This document shows positions 9,002 to 16,974 of a stretch of 64,000 nucleotides of DNA, piece by piece; position 1 is the first letter of the stretch; every line of letters starts with the position of its first letter. The position numbers were made by a program, and so were the translations under genes. The notes under the pieces were generated by a model that was not told the DNA's origin, did no database searches, and worked only from the letters and a program-made list of their open reading frames with translations. The DNA comes from Bacteroidales bacterium. Its GTDB lineage: Bacteria; Bacteroidota; Bacteroidia; Bacteroidales; GCA-2748055. The DNA lies in NCBI GenBank assembly GCA_040880545.1, contig JBBDIE010000158.1, forward strand, positions 9,358-73,357, in the 5' to 3' direction.

Positions 9002-9514
9002 TCAGTTTGTTTTAAATTTATACTTTACAGACTTCAGATCTTCGTTGGCTTGTACTATTTTCGATTCAAGCCCGGTTTTGAAAGCTTTAACCTTTTCCAA
9101 TACGGACTCGTCACCTGTTGCCAGGATTTGTGCCGCCAGAATTCCGGCATTTCTTGCTCCGTCAATCCCGACTGTGGCCACCGGTATTCCCGGAGGCATT
9201 TGAACGATAGAGAGCAATGAATCCCATCCATCAAGTGAGATGGATGCTTTAATGGGTACCCCTATAACAGGCAGCGGGGTGAGCGCTGCGACAACACCAG
9301 GCAGGTGTGCGGCTCCTCCTGCTCCTGCAATGATCACACGTATTCCACGATTGTATGCTCCTCTGGCAAAGTCCATGGCCTGCTGCGGTGTGCGGTGCGC
9401 CGATAAGGCATTTATTTCAAATGGTATTTCAAATTCGTCAAGGATCTTTGCCGCCTGTTCCATAATGGGAAGGTCGGATGTGGATCCCATGATAATGCTT
9501 ACTCTTGGATTCAT
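9002..9514 (-). CDS. purE: 5-(carboxyamino)imidazole ribonucleotide mutase
   Basis: 170 aa. Motifs GSTSDLPIM and AGGAAHLPGVVAA. Confidence 0.95.
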   Translation of the reverse strand: MNPRVSIIMGSTSDLPIMEQAAKILDEFEIPFEINALSAHRTPQQAMDFARGAYNRGIRVIIAGAGGAAHLPGVVAALTPLPVIGVPIKASISLDGWDSLLSIVQMPPGIPVATVGIDGARNAGILAAQILATGDESVLEKVKAFKTGLESKIVQANEDLKSVKYKFKTN

Positions 9515-9621
9515 ATTTTATTCTGATTAATGATTATTTTCCTGCCCCTTTTTTCATTGCATTGTATATCCGGTGTAATCAACGGGTCAAAAATTAATTC
9601 ACACAGCATTGCAACGATTTG

Positions 9622-9629
9622 CAAAATTA
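9622..9629 (-). promoter_or_regulatory. candidate -7 promoter box (TAATTTTG) for purE
   Basis: Exact TAnnTTTG match on the minus strand, ~105 nt upstream of the purE ATG, in the 426-nt divergent spacer. Confidence 0.35.
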
Positions 9630-9940
9630 AAGGTTTCAAATAGATATTACCGGATTTTTATTAGTTAATGTGTTCAAAATGGTAAATATCGGTTTTTCGG
9701 GCGATAAAATTTCTTATTTTTTGCATAAAAACGGAACAGCTAATTAATCCATGATTGTAGTTGCCTGTAAAAGATCATGTTCTGTTAAACATGTAAAAAT
9801 GTTAAAAGTCAGAGTAATCAGGTGATAAAAGGAGATTGGCCCACAATCGATCTGGTTACATTCGTCAGGAGGGTGCATGGAGTAATGGCCCTCACTTCCT
9901 GCTTAAATAAAATTCCTATCTTCGCAAAAATCAATTTTTC

Positions 9941-10486
9941 ATGACTAAAAAAAGGATAAAGGTCCTGGATCTGAATTTTGAAACATCCATTACCAGGGAT
10001 ACTATTCAGGCCGAAGTATCTCGTATCGCAGAAGATATGAATCGAGACCTGGCTGACAAAAATCCTATTTTTCTGGGTATTCTGAATGGAGCATTTATGT
10101 TCGCAAGTGACCTGTTCAAACTGATAACCATTCCCTGTCAGATTAGTTTTCTGAAACTTGCCTCTTACGAGGGAACCAGGACCTCAGGGGCAGTCAAACA
10201 ACTGATCGGTATTAATCAGGACCTGAAGGATCGAACGGTAGTTATTCTGGAAGATATAGTCGATACGGGCATAACGCTCGACACCATTGTCAGACAGCTT
10301 AACGGGTATGAGCCGAAGGAGATCCTGGTGGCAACCATGTTATATAAACCTGAAGCAATACAGAAGGATATCAAACTTGATTATGTGGGAATAGAGATCC
10401 CCAACGAATTTGTTTTAGGCTATGGGCTGGATTACAATGGATATGCCAGAAATCTTCCTGAAATCTATACTTTGGTGAAAGATTGA
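9941..10486 (+). CDS. hpt: hypoxanthine phosphoribosyltransferase
   Basis: 181 aa. PRPP-binding motif VVILEDIVDTGITL and overall 6-oxopurine PRT layout. Confidence 0.9.
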   Translation: MTKKRIKVLDLNFETSITRDTIQAEVSRIAEDMNRDLADKNPIFLGILNGAFMFASDLFKLITIPCQISFLKLASYEGTRTSGAVKQLIGINQDLKDRTVVILEDIVDTGITLDTIVRQLNGYEPKEILVATMLYKPEAIQKDIKLDYVGIEIPNEFVLGYGLDYNGYARNLPEIYTLVKD

Positions 10487-10498
10487 ACGTAAGTTTAT

Positions 10499-10506
10499 TA
10501 CTTTTG
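10499..10506 (+). promoter_or_regulatory. candidate -7 promoter box (TACTTTTG) for adk
   Basis: Exact TAnnTTTG match 36 nt upstream of the adk ATG, just after the hpt stop. Confidence 0.45.
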
Positions 10507-10542
10507 CATGGCTAATTTGTCACAATTCAAACCAACAATAAC

Positions 10543-11133
10543 ATGTTAAATATTGTAATATTCGGACCTCCGGGTTCAGGTAAAGGAACCCAGGCTGAAA
10601 AGCTGATTGAAAAGTATAAACTGATTCATATCTCCACGGGTGATCTGCTTCGAAATGAGGTTGCACAGAAGACCAGTCTCGGTATTGAGGCACAGAAAAT
10701 CATGGATGCCGGAAACCTGGTTCCCGATCAGATCGTTATCGGCATGATTCAGAAAAAACTGGAGGAGCATAAGGAAGGTCCGGGTTTTATATTTGATGGA
10801 TTTCCCCGAACAGTAGAACAGGCCAGAGAGTTGAGGAAAGCGCTTACTGATTACGATGAAAGGGTCACCCTGGTGATCTCACTACAGGTTCCACGCGAGG
10901 AACTCGTGGAACGGTTGCTAAAGCGGGGCAAGGAGAGCGGAAGATCGGATGACAATGAAGAGACGATCAATACCAGGATTGATGTTTACCACAATCAAAC
11001 TGTACCTGTAACCTATTATTATGAGAAAATGCATAAACATATTCCGGTGGACGGAATTGGTACTGTTAACCAGATATTCAAAAGGATTGTAAAAGAAGTG
11101 GAAGGATTTAAAAAATACCACCAGTCTGAATAA
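10543..11133 (+). CDS. adk: adenylate kinase (short-lid form)
   Basis: 196 aa. P-loop GPPGSGKGTQA. Also ISTGDLLR and FDGFPRT motifs. Confidence 0.95.
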   Translation: MLNIVIFGPPGSGKGTQAEKLIEKYKLIHISTGDLLRNEVAQKTSLGIEAQKIMDAGNLVPDQIVIGMIQKKLEEHKEGPGFIFDGFPRTVEQARELRKALTDYDERVTLVISLQVPREELVERLLKRGKESGRSDDNEETINTRIDVYHNQTVPVTYYYEKMHKHIPVDGIGTVNQIFKRIVKEVEGFKKYHQSE

Positions 11134-11502
11134 GGATCACAGATACCAGCGAAATTTGAATTTTTGCATTGTTATTATTGTGTGAGCCCTTGTTTGACCT
11201 CATAATAAAGGAAGTTTACATATTTTTCCAGTAAAATATTTCGCAAGAGCTTTATCCTAACCCCAACAGCAGGGTTGAATAATACGCAAACGACGCTTCC
11301 TCAATTTTGCGATTGGTTGTTCTCTGATAACCCGGTGGTTAAAAAAGACCGTTGAATATGAATTCCTGCAAACGCTCTTGTTGTGAACCTGGTCGTATCC
11401 TTTTGAGGAAATCATCATGATTTGAGATGGGATGTGCCTTTTAGTTGAAAGAGGTCATGAATTATATAGTAATACATCCATGGAAGTTCGTATTTTTGCA
11501 CT

Positions 11503-12516
11503 ATGAGTAATTCCAATTTTGTCGATTATGTAAAAATCTTTTGCCGGTCAGGTAAGGGAGGTCCCGGTTCCGCCCATTTACACCGTGATAAGATGACCCG
11601 GAAAGGCGGGCCAGATGGTGGAGATGGCGGCAGGGGAGGTCATGTGGTCGTCAGGGGGAATGAACAGTACTGGACACTGCTTCACCTGAAATATCAACGG
11701 CATATTTTCGCCACTGACGGGGTAGGTGGTGGCTCATCTCTGAAAACCGGCGCAGATGGTAAGGATGTGATCATTGAGGTTCCCCTGGGTACAGTAGCCA
11801 AAAATGCAGAAACCGGTGAGCAGATATTCGAGATCACCATCCAAAATGAGAAACAAATACTCATGCCCGGGGGAAGGGGAGGTTTAGGGAACGACCATTT
11901 CAAATCATCTACTTTCCAGACACCCCGTTTTGCCCAGCCGGGAGAACCGGGGCAGGAAGACTGGATTATCCTTGAACTGAAACTTCTGGCGGATGTGGGA
12001 CTGGTCGGTTTTCCCAACGCAGGAAAGTCAACATTATTATCGGTAGTATCTGCTGCAAAACCGAAAATTGCTGATTATCCTTTTACTACGCTGGTCCCTA
12101 ACCTTGGGATCGTTAAATACCGCGATCACAGATCATTTGTAATGGCTGATATCCCCGGAATCATTGAAGGTGCAAGTGAAGGGAAAGGTCTTGGACACAG
12201 GTTTCTCAGGCACATTGAGCGTAATTCAATGTTGCTTTTCCTGGTACCTGCCGACAGTAAAGATATTTTGAAGGAGTACGAAGTACTGGTCAATGAGTTG
12301 AAGGCATATAATCCAGAATTACTGGACAAACAACGGCTTCTGGCCATCTCGAAGTCTGATATGCTCGATGAGGAACTGATCCGGGAGATCAAGCCTGACC
12401 TGCCTGATATTCCTTATGTCTTTATTTCCTCCATTACCAATCAAGGGTTGGTGGAGTTGAATGACCGTATATGGAAATTGTTGAACCAAAATACCGACGA
12501 GCCGGGAAGCTATTGA
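11503..12516 (+). CDS. obg: GTPase Obg/CgtA
   Basis: 337 aa. N-terminal Gly-rich Obg fold ([12 protein letters not shown]), G1 motif GFPNAGKST and G3 motif DIPG. Confidence 0.95.
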   Translation: MSNSNFVDYVKIFCRSGKGGPGSAHLHRDKMTRKGGPDGGDGGRGGHVVVRGNEQYWTLLHLKYQRHIFATDGVGGGSSLKTGADGKDVIIEVPLGTVAKNAETGEQIFEITIQNEKQILMPGGRGGLGNDHFKSSTFQTPRFAQPGEPGQEDWIILELKLLADVGLVGFPNAGKSTLLSVVSAAKPKIADYPFTTLVPNLGIVKYRDHRSFVMADIPGIIEGASEGKGLGHRFLRHIERNSMLLFLVPADSKDILKEYEVLVNELKAYNPELLDKQRLLAISKSDMLDEELIREIKPDLPDIPYVFISSITNQGLVELNDRIWKLLNQNTDEPGSY

Positions 12517-12629
12517 TCAGTGGCTGGGTTTTTCGATTACTTCGTTTGAATAATTTAAGTTATTTTGACAGTTGTCTTTTGAATTGTAATAAATTATCTT
12601 ATTTAAGTTACAATTTAAATAAAAAAATA

Positions 12630-12637
12630 TAAGTTTG
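12630..12637 (+). promoter_or_regulatory. candidate -7 promoter box (TAAGTTTG)
   Basis: Exact TAnnTTTG match ~135 nt upstream of the 651-aa ORF. Confidence 0.3.
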
Positions 12638-12771
12638 TGCTCTTTTTGGTAAGATGATATTTCCTGCGAAAGCGAATGCCTTGGACCATCTACGTTTTTT
12701 TAAACTGGCAGGGATTCTGAAATTTATCAGGAGATATACCAGGCAAACAATTATGTAAACAGTTAGACAGT

Positions 12772-14727
12772 ATGAAGGAACTATTTTCAACACTGGAGGA
12801 TAAGAATATTGATATACCGGAATCGGTACTGGATTTGCTAAAATCCTGCAAGGGTTTTTCAGTGTTTAACACATCAGAGGAACTGGCCATAGCTTCAACC
12901 AATGGAAAAGAGAAGGTCAAATTTGAGGTTTCGTACGATATTCCCGGGAAGGGTAAATTTATTGAGGCGCATCTGCAACGAGTGAAAAATGGTATTTCGG
13001 TTAACTACACGGAACCTTACATGAGACGAAGGGATCCGGGAACCATGTCCATTGCGGATGAGCTGCCAACCGATAAGAGGCTGTTCAGTGAAAAATATGG
13101 TTATCCGTTTACCACCTTGCAGGAGGAGACCTTTGCCTGGCTCAGGGAGCAGGAACTGGCTGTTTTCTTTTATTTTGCGGGCCGGATGGGAATTGGTTCT
13201 CTGGGTATTGCCATTGTTCCGGCAAATGCTGCTTTTTTTGCGCTTGGTTTATCGATGCTCCAGGAAATTATTTCCCTGGAGAGCCTTAAGGATGAGTCTC
13301 AAATTCAGTCTGTCATTTATGTAGCCCCTGTATTCAGGCACACCCATTTCAATGGAAAACAGGTTGTGGTACACAACAGGACCGCGAAGGTTCATGAGGT
13401 ATATGCCTATAACCTGTATCCCGGTCCGAGTGCAAAGAAAGGCCTGTACAGTGTAATTCTCGACCAGGGTGAACGGGAAGGATGGATTACGGCACATTGT
13501 TCTGCTGTGCAGTCCATAAGCCCTTATGATAACATCACCACATTTATGCATGAAGGAGCGAGCGGAGGTGGGAAAAGCGAGCTTCATCAGCACATTATCA
13601 GGGAACCTGATGGACGGGTGAGGTTGGGTATGAATAGAGTTACCTCTGAGGAAAGGTTTATTACGATTCCCAGATTCTGTTCTTTCAACCCGGTGGCTGA
13701 TGATATGGCATTCTGTCATCCATCACTTCAGCGGAATGATGGTAAATTAAGAATCCTTGATGCTGAGAATGCCTGGTTCATCAGGGTTGACAGTGTTAAG
13801 CAGTATGGCGACGATCCATTTCTTGAAAAGATTACCATCAATCCGGGAAGGCCATTATTGTTCCTGAATATTAACACCAGTCCTGAATCCACTGCACTTA
13901 TCTGGGAACATGTGGAAGACGAACCGGGAAAACGATGTCCGAACCCCAGGGTAGTGCTTCCCAGGAACTGTGTGCCCAATGTGGTTGACAAACCTGTTTC
14001 CGTTGATATTCGAAGCTTTGGTATCCGTACACCACCCTGCTCAAGGGAAAATCCATCGTACGGTATACTCGGATTGTTCCATGTCCTTCCTCCTGCGCTG
14101 GCCTGGTTATGGAGACTTGTATCTCCCCGCGGATATAATAATCCAAGTATTGTAAGTACCGGGAACATGGAGAGTGAAGGGGTTGGCTCTTACTGGCCCT
14201 TTGCGACAGGAATAAGGATTAAGCATGCAAATCTCATGCTGAAGCAGATTATCGAAACACCCCGAACTACTTTCGCACTTGTTCCAAACCAGAATATTGG
14301 TGTTTGGGAGGTAGGCTTCAAGCCTCAGTTGCTGATGCGGGAGTATCTTACACGGAGAGGGATGGCAAAGCTTAAGTCGGACCAGTATGAACCTGCACGC
14401 TGTCCTTTGCTGGGTTATGAGTTGAATTACCTGACCATAGAAGGATCCAAGATCCCCTCCCGATTCCTGAAGGTTTACAACCAGTCTGAAGTGGGAATTG
14501 AAGGATATGACGCAGGTGCAGAGATACTTCAGAAATTTTTCAAGGAAGAGCTGCAGAAGTACTTGAAAGATGACCTGTTACATACCGGTAAGCGAATTAT
14601 TGATGCTTGTCTTTCCAACGCTTCCATTGAGGAATATAACGAGATTGTACCCATGAGTTACCGCTATTCATTCAATAACATGGCGGATTATGAACAGGAC
14701 AACGATATATATGGAGAGAAGGATTAA
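12772..14727 (+). CDS. large uncharacterised protein (DUF4914-like) with an HprK/PEPCK-type P-loop
   Basis: 651 aa, ATG start. EGASGGGKSE closely resembles the HPr kinase/phosphorylase P-loop G-x-S-G-x-GKSE. The family name is from memory only. Confidence 0.5.
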   Translation: MKELFSTLEDKNIDIPESVLDLLKSCKGFSVFNTSEELAIASTNGKEKVKFEVSYDIPGKGKFIEAHLQRVKNGISVNYTEPYMRRRDPGTMSIADELPTDKRLFSEKYGYPFTTLQEETFAWLREQELAVFFYFAGRMGIGSLGIAIVPANAAFFALGLSMLQEIISLESLKDESQIQSVIYVAPVFRHTHFNGKQVVVHNRTAKVHEVYAYNLYPGPSAKKGLYSVILDQGEREGWITAHCSAVQSISPYDNITTFMHEGASGGGKSELHQHIIREPDGRVRLGMNRVTSEERFITIPRFCSFNPVADDMAFCHPSLQRNDGKLRILDAENAWFIRVDSVKQYGDDPFLEKITINPGRPLLFLNINTSPESTALIWEHVEDEPGKRCPNPRVVLPRNCVPNVVDKPVSVDIRSFGIRTPPCSRENPSYGILGLFHVLPPALAWLWRLVSPRGYNNPSIVSTGNMESEGVGSYWPFATGIRIKHANLMLKQIIETPRTTFALVPNQNIGVWEVGFKPQLLMREYLTRRGMAKLKSDQYEPARCPLLGYELNYLTIEGSKIPSRFLKVYNQSEVGIEGYDAGAEILQKFFKEELQKYLKDDLLHTGKRIIDACLSNASIEEYNEIVPMSYRYSFNNMADYEQDNDIYGEKD

Positions 14728-14900
14728 AATCAACAGTTTGTGTCGCTTTTTTCTTTGAATTCGGTACCGGGGGACGATTGAGAAGCGGTTTTGTTTCACT
14801 GCATTTTAAGTGGCGGCAGAACCATTTATGCGCATTGGCATATTTTAATTCCGTTAATAATTTCTGATTTCAAATTCAATCCATTAGATTTGGAGAAGGT

Positions 14901-15494
14901 ATGTTGGAAACACTGAACCATATCGACACCAGGCTTTTCCTGTTTCTCAACGGCCTTCATAGCGAGACTTTTGACGGGATCATGGTTTGGGTAAGCGGAA
15001 AAACCACCTGGTGGCCATTTTATCTCTTATTGTTGGGATACCTTGTGTGGTCAAGAAGAATGCAGTTTGTTCCGCTGTTGATATTTATTGCACTGTGTAT
15101 CACGCTCACCGACCAATCTTCCGTACAACTTTTTAAAGAAGTTTTTGAACGGTTAAGGCCATGCAAGGAACCGGCGCTGCAGGGTCTTGTGCATCTGGTG
15201 GATGGAAAGTGTGGAGGGCTGTATGGTTTTGTTTCCTCCCATGCTGCCAATACATTTGGGATTGCCATGTTTTTACTGATGGTTGTAAGAAAAAAATGGT
15301 TTATTATCACCATGCTGGTGTGGGGTACATTAGTGGGTTACAGCAGAATTTACCTTGGTGTTCATTATCCGGGCGATGTGGTCGTAGGTGCATTGCTGGG
15401 TATATTATGCGGTTATATGATATATTTGCTGTTTAAGTGGCTGGTGCCAAAACTTCCCCAGGCATGGGGTATGCATACACCTGAGATTCGTTAG
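14901..15494 (+). CDS. PAP2-family phosphatase (membrane lipid phosphatase)
   Basis: 197 aa, ~5 TM. Acid-phosphatase motifs KxxxxxxRP (KEVFERLRP), SSHA and SRIYLGVHYPGD. Confidence 0.85.
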   Translation: MLETLNHIDTRLFLFLNGLHSETFDGIMVWVSGKTTWWPFYLLLLGYLVWSRRMQFVPLLIFIALCITLTDQSSVQLFKEVFERLRPCKEPALQGLVHLVDGKCGGLYGFVSSHAANTFGIAMFLLMVVRKKWFIITMLVWGTLVGYSRIYLGVHYPGDVVVGALLGILCGYMIYLLFKWLVPKLPQAWGMHTPEIR

Positions 15495-15498
15495 AACA

Positions 15499-16452
15499 AT
15501 GAAATGTATTTTAAGCCATACAACTGATCCTTATTTCAATTTAGCTGCCGAGGAATACCTGCTTAAAAATTTTAACGACTCATTCTATTTTCAGTATGTA
15601 AATGAGCCTTCGGTAGTTATTGGTAAGCATCAGAATGCACTGGCTGAAATTGACACTGAATTTTTGAAAAATCATGGGATTCATCTTGCCAGGCGGATTT
15701 CGGGTGGTGGAGCTGTTTACCATGATCATGGTAATATGAACTACTCCTTTATTACAACGGAGAAACCCGGTGATCTGGTTAAATTTGAAACCTATACAGC
15801 TCCTGTTATTGCTGCTCTGGATCAGTTTGGAGTGAATGCATTTTTGGGCAAAAGGAACGAAATTCTGGCTGACAAGGGCAAAATATCGGGTACCGCCAGC
15901 CATGTATTTAAATCGCGGGTACTGCACCATGGGACACTGTTATATGATACTGATCTGGAAATGCTGGCCGGATGTCTGTATACAGACCCTGCCCCATACA
16001 AGGATAAAGCGGTAAAATCTGTAAGATCGGAGGTGGTGAACCTGAAGGAGCTGGTCAGGGCACATTTGGAGACACAAGATTTTTTTGATTTTGTATTCAA
16101 ATTTATTCTGAATGCACAGAAGGACAATAACGCGCATATTTTTTCAGGGAAAGACATTACTGAAATCGAATCTTTGTGTCATGAGAAATTCCGCACCTGG
16201 GCATGGAATTATGGGTACTCTCCGAGATATACTGTGGAAAGGAAGGTAAATGGAATACACTTTATTACATCGGTTGAAAAGGGGAAAATTATCCATATTG
16301 AAATAACCGGAATCGGGCATCCGGAAATTGATCATATTGCCCTGAGGGCCATTACCCTGGGGCTGAACCATGATAAAGGGTCCATTGGGAGGGAGCTGAC
16401 GAAAAAATTTGATGCAGCAACTACTGGACTTATTTTACAGGGAATTTTTTAA
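15499..16452 (+). CDS. lplA: lipoate--protein ligase
   Basis: 317 aa. RRISGGGAVYHDHGN and GKISGTA motifs of the LplA/LipB/BirA fold. Confidence 0.85.
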   Translation: MKCILSHTTDPYFNLAAEEYLLKNFNDSFYFQYVNEPSVVIGKHQNALAEIDTEFLKNHGIHLARRISGGGAVYHDHGNMNYSFITTEKPGDLVKFETYTAPVIAALDQFGVNAFLGKRNEILADKGKISGTASHVFKSRVLHHGTLLYDTDLEMLAGCLYTDPAPYKDKAVKSVRSEVVNLKELVRAHLETQDFFDFVFKFILNAQKDNNAHIFSGKDITEIESLCHEKFRTWAWNYGYSPRYTVERKVNGIHFITSVEKGKIIHIEITGIGHPEIDHIALRAITLGLNHDKGSIGRELTKKFDAATTGLILQGIF

Positions 16453-16961
16453 GTGCGACGCTGGATCGCATTCACCACTCTTTCATTAACACTGGCAAGA
16501 CCATCAATAACCATATGGGCCATACTGTAAAAAACCTCTCTTTCTTCAAGCATCTCATGGATGGTTTGGCACATCTCTGCCTCAGTCTTTCCTTCAAGTA
16601 ACGGCCGTTTGGTTTGTGCTGTTTTCAGTCTGCTCAGCAAGGCCTCCGGTGAGAGTTTCAGGTAGATGGTCAGGCCTGATCTTTTCAGTAATTCCATGTT
16701 TTTACCATACGCAGGGGCACCACCGCCAGTGGCTATCACCACTTTTTCCAGTTTGTGCATTTCAGCAATGGCACGGGTTTCCAATTCTCTGAAATAAGAT
16801 TCACCGTACTTGCGAAAAATTTCCTCAATATTCAAATCTTCCTTCCCGGCGATCCATTCATCCATATCCACGAATCCATAGCCCATCATACTGGCTATCT
16901 TCCTTCCATGGGTAGTTTTTCCCGAACCCATAAATCCTATCAGATATATTCGTGAATGCAT
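16449..16961 (-). CDS. aroK: shikimate kinase
   Basis: 170 aa. P-loop GFMGSGKTT, plus GGGA and lid-region patterns. Confidence 0.9.
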   Translation of the reverse strand: MHSRIYLIGFMGSGKTTHGRKIASMMGYGFVDMDEWIAGKEDLNIEEIFRKYGESYFRELETRAIAEMHKLEKVVIATGGGAPAYGKNMELLKRSGLTIYLKLSPEALLSRLKTAQTKRPLLEGKTEAEMCQTIHEMLEEREVFYSMAHMVIDGLASVNERVVNAIQRRT

Positions 16962-16974
16962 TGGTATTGTCCGG

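Noticed and set aside
9515-9940. Purine riboswitch or other structured leader in the 426-nt purE/hpt divergent spacer
   Set aside because: I could not find the conserved purine-riboswitch core (U-rich junctions and the loop-loop pairing pattern) on either strand. Only short local hairpins are present. A covariance-model scan would be needed to exclude other RNAs.
11491-11498. TAnnTTTG matches directly upstream of obg (TATTTTTG, 11491-11498) and of the PAP2 gene (TAGATTTG, 14885-14892)
   Set aside because: The boxes end only 4-8 nt before the ATG, so the predicted transcription start would fall at or inside the start codon. They may be chance matches or leaderless promoters, so I did not list them as features.
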